NCBI RefSeq assembly: GCF_000172995.2
Contig: NC_014729.1
Span: 2,490,001-2,522,000 of the forward strand
Direction of reading: 5' to 3'
Length of the DNA stretch: 32,000 nucleotides
DNA from: Halogeometricum borinquense DSM 11551
GTDB lineage: Archaea > Halobacteriota > Halobacteria > Halobacteriales > Haloferacaceae
A program made the position numbers and the translations under genes. The notes beneath the pieces were generated by a model. It worked only from the letters and a program-made list of their open reading frames with translations, was not told where the DNA came from and did no database searches. Shown here piece by piece: positions 17,434 to 24,453 of this stretch (position 1 is the first letter of the stretch; each line of letters starts with the position of its first letter).

Positions 17434-17513
17434 TCACTTACATGTAACCAACCGCCCGGTTTAAGAATTACCAATCGAAGCCGGCGTCGAACACGCGTCA
17501 GACGTGTGGGAAG

Positions 17514-17522
17514 ATTAAAATA
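17514..17522 (+). promoter_or_regulatory. candidate TATA box for cdrL
   Basis: ATTAAAATA is centred about 28 nt upstream of the ATG at 17546, which fits a leaderless haloarchaeal transcript. A near-palindrome CACGCGT-cag-ACGTGTG (17492-17508) lies just upstream. Confidence 0.45.
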
Positions 17523-17545
17523 GGCATGTGAGAATTGATAGCTCG

Positions 17546-18130
17546 ATGAGTAAGATAACGTTCCGCGCCGACGACGAACTCGTCGAGCGATTGGAGGGTC
17601 TCGAAACCTCCAAAAGTGAGGTGATGCGCGATGCACTCCGCGTTTACCTTGACGAAGCGGAGCGTTCGAGCGAAGCCAACGAAACTGACGAACCCGAAGT
17701 GACCGTCGATGACGTTCTCCAGTCGCGGCTGGACGAACTCATCGAGGAACGCGTCGATGCCGTGCTGGCGAAACGACTCGGTGCTGTCGGGCACTCCACT
17801 CTCGCTCCCCCACGCGATGTAAACGTCAACATCGCTGTCGAGAGTGCAACGGACGAAACGTCCGTAAACGCCACAGAAGATGGCTCTAAGTCAGATTCGA
17901 AGATTCGTAAGACAAACGACGAGGACGCTTCTGGCGTGCATACACAAGAGAAGCCCTGTGAGAAGTGTGGTGAAGAGCTGAGTCCAGACGACGTATACTG
18001 CCCGAATTGCGGGGAGAAAGCCAACCACCGTGTCTTCTGTGAGTGCGGCGACGAAGTGCGCTCAGACTGGGCGTTCTGTCCCGGTTGCGGCCGTCGTACG
18101 TCGGCCGCTGATGTGCTCGAACAGGGGTAG
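17546..18130 (+). CDS. cdrL: ribbon-helix-helix plus double zinc-ribbon protein (CdrL-like)
   Basis: N-terminal RHH/CopG-like segment SKITFRADDELVERLEGLETSKSEVMRDALRVYL. C-terminal CxxC...CxxC...CxC...CxxC motifs (CEKCG, CPNCG, CECG, CPGCG). Its position directly upstream of cdrS-ftsZ2 matches the published haloarchaeal cdrL-cdrS-ftsZ2 locus (recalled from the literature). Confidence 0.75.
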   Translation: MSKITFRADDELVERLEGLETSKSEVMRDALRVYLDEAERSSEANETDEPEVTVDDVLQSRLDELIEERVDAVLAKRLGAVGHSTLAPPRDVNVNIAVESATDETSVNATEDGSKSDSKIRKTNDEDASGVHTQEKPCEKCGEELSPDDVYCPNCGEKANHRVFCECGDEVRSDWAFCPGCGRRTSAADVLEQG

Positions 18131-18165
18131 AGGCCCCGAAGCACCTGCATACGCCGCAATACAGG

Positions 18166-18326
18166 AAGTGTAAGACACCCTGTCGTTAGATTTATATTAT
18201 ATCGCTCTGTGGTAACTCTCGCGTAAGACGGTTGTCTTACACACCGTCCGAAGGGAAGCGATGTCGCTTCTGCCTTCCGATTTCCGGTGTGTAAGACGCT
18301 CGCACGAGGCGTGCGCGCCGTCTTAC
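18166..18326. promoter_or_regulatory. cluster of GTAAGAC/GTCTTAC half-sites (candidate operator array)
   Basis: Copies at 18170-18176, 18223-18229, 18234-18240 (complement), 18291-18297 and 18320-18326 (complement). A further copy at 18518-18524 spans the cdrS stop codon. Confidence 0.55.
18191..18200 (+). promoter_or_regulatory. candidate TATA box for cdrS-ftsZ2
   Basis: TTTATATTAT is the most A/T-rich element in the 211-bp cdrL-cdrS spacer. A start site about 25 nt downstream would fall in the GTAAGAC-ggtt-GTCTTAC palindrome. Confidence 0.45.
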
Positions 18327-18341
18327 CGGGGGAATGCACAA

Positions 18342-18521
18342 ATGGAGCGTGTGACACTACGAATTCCGAAGCAGCAGATCGAAGAAGTCGAACGCATGGT
18401 CGAAACCGGGGAATTCCCGAACCGGTCCGAAGCGATTCGGTCCGCCGTGCGTGAGATGCTGAACGAGCAACAGGTCGAAGGGCGCGAGTCCTCCACCAAG
18501 CGCGGCTGGGCCAAGGTGTAA
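18342..18521 (+). CDS. cdrS: small ribbon-helix-helix (CopG-family) cell-division regulator CdrS
   Basis: 59 aa counted from the ATG at 18342 ([40 protein letters not shown]...), a classic RHH. The stop lies 4 nt before the ftsZ2 ATG, consistent with co-transcription. The in-frame upstream extension from 18261 is Cys/Arg-rich and was rejected. Confidence 0.8.
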   Translation: MERVTLRIPKQQIEEVERMVETGEFPNRSEAIRSAVREMLNEQQVEGRESSTKRGWAKV

Positions 18522-18525
18522 GACG

Positions 18526-19734
18526 ATGCAGGATATCGTCAGAGAAGCCATGGAGCGTGACGAGGCCGAAAAGCGCGATGCAGAAGCCAAATCCGACGAC
18601 GAGGAGTTCGGGAATCCCCGAATCGTCATCGTCGGGTGTGGTGGTGCAGGAAACAACACCGTCAACCGCCTCTACAACATCGGCGTTGACGGTGCTGAGA
18701 CGGTGGCCATCAACACCGACAAACAGCACCTGAAAATGATCGAAGCCGACACGAAGATTCTCGTCGGCAAATCTCTCACGCAGGGTCTCGGTGCTGGTGG
18801 CGATCCCTCGATGGGCGAGCGCGCGACCGAGATGGCACAGGGAACTGTCAAAGAAGTTCTCGGCAACGCCGACCTCGTGTTCGTCACAGCCGGTATGGGT
18901 GGCGGTACCGGGACCGGTGCGGCACCCGTCGTCTCGAAGATTGCCAAAGAGCAAGGCGCAATCGTCGTCGGCATGGTCTCGACTCCGTTCAACGTCGAGC
19001 GTGCGCGGACGGTGAAAGCCGAGGAAGGTCTGGAGAAACTCCGCAACGAAGCGGACTCTATCATCGTCCTCGACAACAACCGTCTGCTCGATTACGTCCC
19101 CAACCTTCCCATCGGGAAGGCGTTCTCCGTCATGGACCAGATCATCGCGGAGACGGTCAAGGGCATCTCTGAGACCATCACGCAGCCGTCGCTCATCAAC
19201 CTCGACTACGCCGACATGTCTACCATCATGAACCAAGGCGGCGTCGCGGTGATGCTTGTCGGCGAGACGCAAGACAAGAACAAGACCCAAGAAGTGGTCA
19301 ACGACGCGATGAACCACCCACTTCTCGACGTGGATTATCGCGGCGCATCCGGCGGCTTAGTCCACATCACTGGCGGTCCCGACCTCACACTGAAAGAGGC
19401 CGAGGGTATTGCGAACAACATCACCGAGCGACTGGAAGCCTCCGCGAACGTCATCTGGGGCGCTCGCATTCAGGACGAATACAAGGGCAAAGTCCGCGTC
19501 ATGGCCATCATGACCGGCGTCCAGTCGGCACAGGTACTCGGACCCTCAACGCAGAAACAGGCAGATAAGTCCCGTCAGAGTATACAGGGAACTAGCTCGG
19601 AGTTCGACACTAGTTCGAGTTCCAGTTCGAGTTCGCGGCAGCCGCAGGCCCCCTCCTCCACGGGGTCGTGGCAATCCGACGGCGGCCGTGATCAGACCGA
19701 AGAGAAGCAGAACGGTCTCGACGTCATCCGATAG
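18526..19734 (+). CDS. ftsZ2: cell division protein FtsZ2 (tubulin/FtsZ GTPase)
   Basis: Tubulin signature [15 protein letters not shown]...L, the N-terminal acidic extension and a Ser-rich linker ending in the conserved C-terminal peptide NGLDVIR. Pairing with cdrS identifies the FtsZ2 paralogue. Confidence 0.93.
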   Translation: MQDIVREAMERDEAEKRDAEAKSDDEEFGNPRIVIVGCGGAGNNTVNRLYNIGVDGAETVAINTDKQHLKMIEADTKILVGKSLTQGLGAGGDPSMGERATEMAQGTVKEVLGNADLVFVTAGMGGGTGTGAAPVVSKIAKEQGAIVVGMVSTPFNVERARTVKAEEGLEKLRNEADSIIVLDNNRLLDYVPNLPIGKAFSVMDQIIAETVKGISETITQPSLINLDYADMSTIMNQGGVAVMLVGETQDKNKTQEVVNDAMNHPLLDVDYRGASGGLVHITGGPDLTLKEAEGIANNITERLEASANVIWGARIQDEYKGKVRVMAIMTGVQSAQVLGPSTQKQADKSRQSIQGTSSEFDTSSSSSSSSRQPQAPSSTGSWQSDGGRDQTEEKQNGLDVIR

Positions 19735-19755
19735 TCGGAAAGCGGCACGGCGTCG

Positions 19756-19775
19756 GTTTTTCTCTCTTATTTCTC
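19756..19775 (+). terminator. candidate oligo-T / pyrimidine-tract terminator after ftsZ2
   Basis: TTTTTCTCTCTTATTTCTC begins 22 nt after the ftsZ2 stop. Archaeal termination commonly uses T-runs. No experimental support. Confidence 0.4.
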
Positions 19776-19807
19776 ACAGACGCAAATCGGTAGCTACGCG
19801 GGCGCGA

Positions 19808-21931
19808 CTACGGCGGCGTCTCCGCCTGACCCGGCACACCGCGTCCGCGATAGAAGTCGCCGCCCCACTGGCTGATCCAGATATCCTGATTCGCTAAGTA
19901 GAGCGCGTTTGCCGTCGTGAATCCATCGTCAACAACAGCCCATGCGTCCGACTCGGTGTCGTACTCGACGGCGTCGTTGTAGACGGCCGCCTGTCCGAAC
20001 TCGCCCCCGGCGGCCGGCGGGAGCGGAAGCGTGTGTTCGGCGTTCGTGTCGCGTGACTGCGGTCGCTCCGCACGCTGGAGGCGTCCTCGGTTGAACGTCT
20101 GGTTGAAGTAGCGCGCGTACGTCTCTTGTACGTCAACGTCGAGCAGAACGTCCGCGGCGTTGAGCCCGCCTGTCGTATCACCTGCATCGCGGGAGGTGAT
20201 GTGATACGTCGTCGCGTCGGGCGAACTGGCGAACGTCCCGGCGTCCGCATCCCAGAGTTCGTCAAGCAGGTATCCGACCACCGGAGTAGCCAGTTCTTGA
20301 GTGTCTACGCCAGAGAGTTGGTCGGCCCAGAGGAGACCCTGTGCGACGACCCCCTGCGTGGCGGCGTCGTTCTCGGCCCCGTTCTCGATGCGGCCGTTCC
20401 CGGCGTGGTTGTTTTCGATGGCCGATGCGAGCGCGTTCGCGTACTCGACCGCAGACTGTCGCATCTCCGCTGATCCGGCCTGTGTTCCGTACCATCCGAC
20501 GCCGCCGAGCATCACGCCGAGGTCGCGCGTCGTCCCCGTCGAGAGAATCGTCTCAGGGTCGAACGTCTGCATCGTCGCTTTTGCCATCCCGTCGGTGAGC
20601 GCCTGAATCTTTTTCGCGGGGACGAGCGGTTCGGGATTCACGTAGCCGAACCAGCCGTTCTGTGCGAGACTGTTGAGGTTCGAGAGATACCACAGCATCG
20701 CCGCGTGCTGGTTCGGACGCGACTCACCATCGACGACTTCGCCGGTTCCCGGTTTGAAGCCTGAAACGAGCGGGAAGCTCCCGTCCGCCTGTGTCAGCGC
20801 GCCGTTCTCGTTCGGGCCACCCGCGATAAGCGTCGCGTTGACACCGATCTGGGCCAACGTCGTCAACATCTGCGCGCGGAACTTCGCCGCAATCCCCGGC
20901 GGGAGCGTGTCGAAGTGCGTCTGGAAATTCTTCGCCCACGTGACGCCTTTCAGATGTGTCCACGCCACTGACGCCGGACTGACCACCTTCGAGGACTTCG
21001 AGAGGTCCCATTTGAGCGTGGACGCGTCGGGACGACCGTCTTCGCCCTGTAAGACGGGGTTCTGCGTGAAGTTCGGGTCGCCCGTTGTGAACGGAGCCAT
21101 GTTCAGATTGGGCTTCTTCACCGGCGGTTTATCCGCATCGGCGTGCTTCAGCATCGCCGGAACTCGCTTGTCGAAGGCCTGCTGTTGCTCCTCGTTGTGC
21201 GGGAACAACACCCCGTTGCCGCTCATGGCGATATTGGTACTCATGTTGTACAGCGAATACCAGTACGAGTCCCACGTTGCGTCGCTCCACGCGTAGCCGG
21301 CGGTCGCCTCGCTGCCACCTTCACCGATACCCGCCGCGTCTAACTGCATCGAGAGGTGTTCGGCCGCAGCACCCGAGAGGTCTTCTGCGGGGTCGGTCGT
21401 CCCCGGACCGCCCTGCGGAGCATCGACAACGACCAATCCGACCATTCCCAGCCCCTCGTGCGGCGTACAGTAGTAGTTGTAAACGCCTGGCGTCTCGAAG
21501 GTGTGTTCGAACGTCGTGCCCGCTTCGAGCGTGCCCGAATCGAACGCGGACGCCCCCTCCGGAACGCGGTGTGGTTTGTCGTTGTCCTCGTGGTACGCCG
21601 TCACCGAGTGAGCCATCCCTTCGATGCTCCACGAGACGGTCGTTCCCGATTCCACCCAGACAACGGCGGGCGTGAAGACGAACTTTCCCGCTCCTTGGTC
21701 GCCGTCGAGGACGGCCGCCCGAATCGACGCCTCCGACTGCAAGTCGTTCGGCCCGCCGAGTACGTCCGCACCCGGTGGTTGACTGCCGCCCGTAGCCGTC
21801 GGTGTCGGCGTGGCAGTCGCCGTTTCCGTCGTCGTCTCTGTGCCCTCATCTTCGTTGGCCGCACAGCCAGCAAACGATGCCGTGAGACCCACTCCGGTAA
21901 GTTTGAGAAACTGTCTACGTCGCTGTTGCAT
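19808..21931 (-). CDS. Tat lipoprotein: N-terminal halocyanin-like cupredoxin domain fused to a roughly 520-aa uncharacterised domain
   Basis: Tat motif RRRQFLK, lipobox FAGC and a Thr-rich linker. Type-1 copper ligand pattern: H in GMAHSV, then YYCTPHEGLGM (C-x2-H-x4-M). The remaining sequence is helix-repeat-like (HAAMLWYLSNL, QGVVAQGLLWA, VVGYLLDELWD) with no family I can name. Confidence 0.85.
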   Translation of the reverse strand: MQQRRRQFLKLTGVGLTASFAGCAANEDEGTETTTETATATPTPTATGGSQPPGADVLGGPNDLQSEASIRAAVLDGDQGAGKFVFTPAVVWVESGTTVSWSIEGMAHSVTAYHEDNDKPHRVPEGASAFDSGTLEAGTTFEHTFETPGVYNYYCTPHEGLGMVGLVVVDAPQGGPGTTDPAEDLSGAAAEHLSMQLDAAGIGEGGSEATAGYAWSDATWDSYWYSLYNMSTNIAMSGNGVLFPHNEEQQQAFDKRVPAMLKHADADKPPVKKPNLNMAPFTTGDPNFTQNPVLQGEDGRPDASTLKWDLSKSSKVVSPASVAWTHLKGVTWAKNFQTHFDTLPPGIAAKFRAQMLTTLAQIGVNATLIAGGPNENGALTQADGSFPLVSGFKPGTGEVVDGESRPNQHAAMLWYLSNLNSLAQNGWFGYVNPEPLVPAKKIQALTDGMAKATMQTFDPETILSTGTTRDLGVMLGGVGWYGTQAGSAEMRQSAVEYANALASAIENNHAGNGRIENGAENDAATQGVVAQGLLWADQLSGVDTQELATPVVGYLLDELWDADAGTFASSPDATTYHITSRDAGDTTGGLNAADVLLDVDVQETYARYFNQTFNRGRLQRAERPQSRDTNAEHTLPLPPAAGGEFGQAAVYNDAVEYDTESDAWAVVDDGFTTANALYLANQDIWISQWGGDFYRGRGVPGQAETPP

Positions 21932-22104
21932 CGTTCTATGGATGTGCGATAGGGATCATAACCCCATGGCGGCGGTGCGTGGTGTCTGCACGGGTAACGC
22001 GGGCACACGAGCGCGATAGATACAAGCGTGGACCCGGAACTGTCCGTAGCAGCAGTAACGACCAACCGAGTGAGAAAAGGAAGCGGAAAGCGCGTGCAGC
22101 GGCG

Positions 22105-23079
22105 TCAGACAGCCCGGATCGACTCCAGCAGACGGCACTTACGACACACGTCGCGCGCCGTCTTTGACCCGCAGCGTTCGCAGTCGTTCAAGTCTACGTC
22201 GTCGTCGCCGCTGCGGTACCGGTCGGCCGCCATCTCGGCGATCTCCTCGTAGCCCGACATGATCGAGTGACGAGTCCCGGGATGGTCGTCTTCTAAATCG
22301 AGCATGAGTTCCTGAATCTCGCCACGGAACGCTTCGGAGGCGTGTGGGCACTCCGTGATGTGTGCGGGAAGGTCCTTCAGGTGAGCGTACAGGGCAACTT
22401 CCTTCTCGGGGATGTCGCGGAGGGGTTTCGCTCGCGGGACGAAATCATCGGAGGGGTTGCGTTCGTCGAACGGGCCGAGACTCGCGTCGAAGTGTTTTGC
22501 CATCTGCTTTACGTCGCCTTCGAGGATGTTCATCAACGCCGTCTCCGCCTCGTCATCGAGATTGTGACCCGTGAGTAGTTTGTCCGCGCTGAACTCCTCT
22601 GCGTACGATTCCAAGAGGTCGCGGCGGAAGACACCACAGTACGCACAGGGAGCCATATTCTCCGGGTCCTCACGCGCAACATCGTCCATCTGGACGCCGA
22701 ACTCCTCCTCGTAGGTGACGAGTTCGTGTCGCATCTGCAGGTCGTCCGAAAGTTCGACGCAGGCCTCGACGCTCTCGTCACGGTAGCCCTCGATTCCTTC
22801 GTGGATGGTCAGCGCCATCATCTCGATGCGAGGGTCTTTCCCGAAGGTTTCGTCGAGGATGTGGGTGAGTACGACGCTGTCCTTCCCGCCAGAGAGGCCG
22901 ATAACCCAGCGCTCGGGGTCCTCGGGCGTTGCATCCCGCGGGACGAGGCTGTCCTTGCGAATCCGACCGCGGACGCGTTTCTCCACCGAGGCACAGAAGT
23001 GATTCTCACAGAGATGTGCCCCCGAATACCCCGCGTGCATCACCGCGTCCCGGTCGCACTTGTCGCACTCCATCACCAC
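22105..23079 (-). CDS. ncsA: tRNA 2-thiolation PP-loop ATPase (Ncs6/Ctu1/TtuA-type, NcsA-like)
   Basis: PP-loop SGGKDS with N- and C-terminal CxxC zinc-finger pairs (CDKCD...CENHFC, CERCG...CRKC) and the central CAYCGVFRR motif. The start could instead be the ATG at 23073. Confidence 0.85.
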   Translation of the reverse strand: MVMECDKCDRDAVMHAGYSGAHLCENHFCASVEKRVRGRIRKDSLVPRDATPEDPERWVIGLSGGKDSVVLTHILDETFGKDPRIEMMALTIHEGIEGYRDESVEACVELSDDLQMRHELVTYEEEFGVQMDDVAREDPENMAPCAYCGVFRRDLLESYAEEFSADKLLTGHNLDDEAETALMNILEGDVKQMAKHFDASLGPFDERNPSDDFVPRAKPLRDIPEKEVALYAHLKDLPAHITECPHASEAFRGEIQELMLDLEDDHPGTRHSIMSGYEEIAEMAADRYRSGDDDVDLNDCERCGSKTARDVCRKCRLLESIRAV

Positions 23080-23204
23080 CCGCTTACCCGCCGGGACGAA
23101 TACGGGTTTCGTCTCCGCGCGGACGCCAAGGGCGCAAAGCCCGCGGCGGACGGCGTGCGACGAGCGTCGAAACCCGTTTGTCCCCAGAAGTCGGAGTCGG
23201 GGGT

Positions 23205-23849
23205 ATGGAACGCGGCCGCGCTATCGACCGAGTGGAGGCGATTCTCGACGCCGTCGAATCCGATCCGATGCCCGTCCCCGTCCGCGAGGTGTGGGTGTAC
23301 GGCGACGTTGCGCTCGGACTCGACCCCATCGAACGACTGGACGTGTACGTCACGAAGGACCTCCTCATGCGCGGGGACAGCGAACTCGGCGAACAGTTCG
23401 AGCAATCGCACGGTGTGAAAGGCGTCGGCAAGAGCGTCTCCGCCGAGTGGGCCGACACCTACCCCGAACACCTCCGCGCCAACGCCAACGGCTACGCCGC
23501 CCCAGAAAAATGTCTGGCTGCACACCTCCTCCTGGACGACGAACCCGTCCATCTCGAAGTGTGCAACGCCTCATTCGAGGACAACGTCACGCAACGGTTG
23601 AAGGGCGCACTCGCACGCGACGCTTACGAGCAAATTCTCGACCCGCGAGGCGTCTGCCTGTACGCCGACAGTCAACGCTCCGAATCCGCCCTTGAGAAGC
23701 TCCGAGCGGGCGAACTCGTCTTCCCGACGCTCCCCGAAGCGTTGCAAATGCTCGGGATGGAAGACGAATCGGCGTCGGAGGCGGCCGACGCCGTCCGCGA
23801 CTACCGCGCCGCACAGACCGGTTCGACGGTACGCGGCGACGTGGTGTAG
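23205..23849 (+). CDS. conserved hypothetical acidic protein
   Basis: 214 aa counted from the ATG at 23205 (MERGRAIDRVEAILDAV...). It has acidic haloarchaeal composition. The 92-codon upstream extension of ORF 22929..23849 is Arg/Pro-rich and antisense to ncsA, so I rejected it. The segment VWVYGDVALG...RLDVYV weakly resembles a minimal nucleotidyltransferase motif (speculative). Confidence 0.7.
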   Translation: MERGRAIDRVEAILDAVESDPMPVPVREVWVYGDVALGLDPIERLDVYVTKDLLMRGDSELGEQFEQSHGVKGVGKSVSAEWADTYPEHLRANANGYAAPEKCLAAHLLLDDEPVHLEVCNASFEDNVTQRLKGALARDAYEQILDPRGVCLYADSQRSESALEKLRAGELVFPTLPEALQMLGMEDESASEAADAVRDYRAAQTGSTVRGDVV

Positions 23850-23903
23850 CTGAATCGGACGTGGCGGTGGAGGAATCGATCGACGACGGCGTGTCTAACC
23901 ACC

Positions 23904-24068
23904 TCACCGACGCCGGCGACGTGATTCTTTTTGTGCCGCGCGTTCGGCGTCGCTGCGGTCCATCGTCTGCTGATCGCTCGTCTCCTTCCTGATGAACCCG
24001 TACAGCACGAGCGGGGCACCGATTGCGAGCAGCATGAACAGGACGAAGAACCCTAACTCTATGACCAT
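23904..24068 (-). CDS. possible small single-pass membrane protein (54 aa), below the ORF-track cutoff
   Basis: My own translation gives MVIELGFFVLFMLLAIGAPLVLYGFIRKETSDQQTMDRSDAERAAQKESRRRRR, from ATG at 24068 to stop TGA at 23904-23906. One clear TM helix is followed by a charged tail. Third codon positions are mostly G/C. No convincing TATA box was seen. Confidence 0.35.
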   Translation of the reverse strand: MVIELGFFVLFMLLAIGAPLVLYGFIRKETSDQQTMDRSDAERAAQKESRRRRR

Positions 24069-24194
24069 ATCTACGGGTTCGTCAACCGACGGTGTAGGCG
24101 TTACCCCGCGAACGACGTGTCTGTCGCAATTGTCACGAAAGCCATGCGACTAACCCGGAAAATTACACGACGCCGGCAGCAAAGTTACAGACGC

Positions 24195-24410
24195 ATGAGT
24201 CACGAAGCACGCAACGGCGACCGCGGTTGTCCGAAATGCGGCCACACGGAAACGGAGATGGACAGCATCGCCACCAGTGGTACTGGCCTCTCAAAGTTCT
24301 TCGACGTACAGAATCGCAGTTTCACGGTTGTAACGTGTGCAAGCTGCGGCTACTCGGAACTGTACCGCAAGAAGTCCAGCGGGAATCTCGCTGACCTATT
24401 CCTCGGGTAA
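24195..24410 (+). CDS. small zinc-ribbon protein (predicted nucleic-acid-binding Zn-ribbon, DUF2082-like)
   Basis: 71 aa counted from the ATG at 24195. Two CxxC pairs (CPKCGH...CASCGY) frame a GTGLSKFFDVQN core. A GAAAATTACA box lies about 27 nt upstream. Confidence 0.7.
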   Translation: MSHEARNGDRGCPKCGHTETEMDSIATSGTGLSKFFDVQNRSFTVVTCASCGYSELYRKKSSGNLADLFLG

Positions 24411-24453
24411 CCGACGGCGGGTCGGTCCGTTAGCACGGCTCATTCGTTTCCGT

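Noticed and set aside
18261-18341. In-frame upstream ATG that would extend CdrS by 27 residues
   Set aside because: The extension ([27 protein letters not shown]) is basic and Cys-rich, unlike the acidic proteome. The ATG lies in the loop of a strong hairpin. The RHH beta-strand begins right after the ATG at 18342, as in the short CdrS proteins I recall.
17644-19317. 557-aa minus-strand ORF
   Set aside because: It is antisense to cdrL, cdrS and ftsZ2, all of which have strong signatures. It has no motifs. Shadow ORF.
21946-22019. GCGATAG repeated at 21946-21952 and 22013-22019 upstream of the cupredoxin-fusion gene
   Set aside because: Two short copies 67 bp apart with no symmetry or phasing argument. 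Too weak to call.
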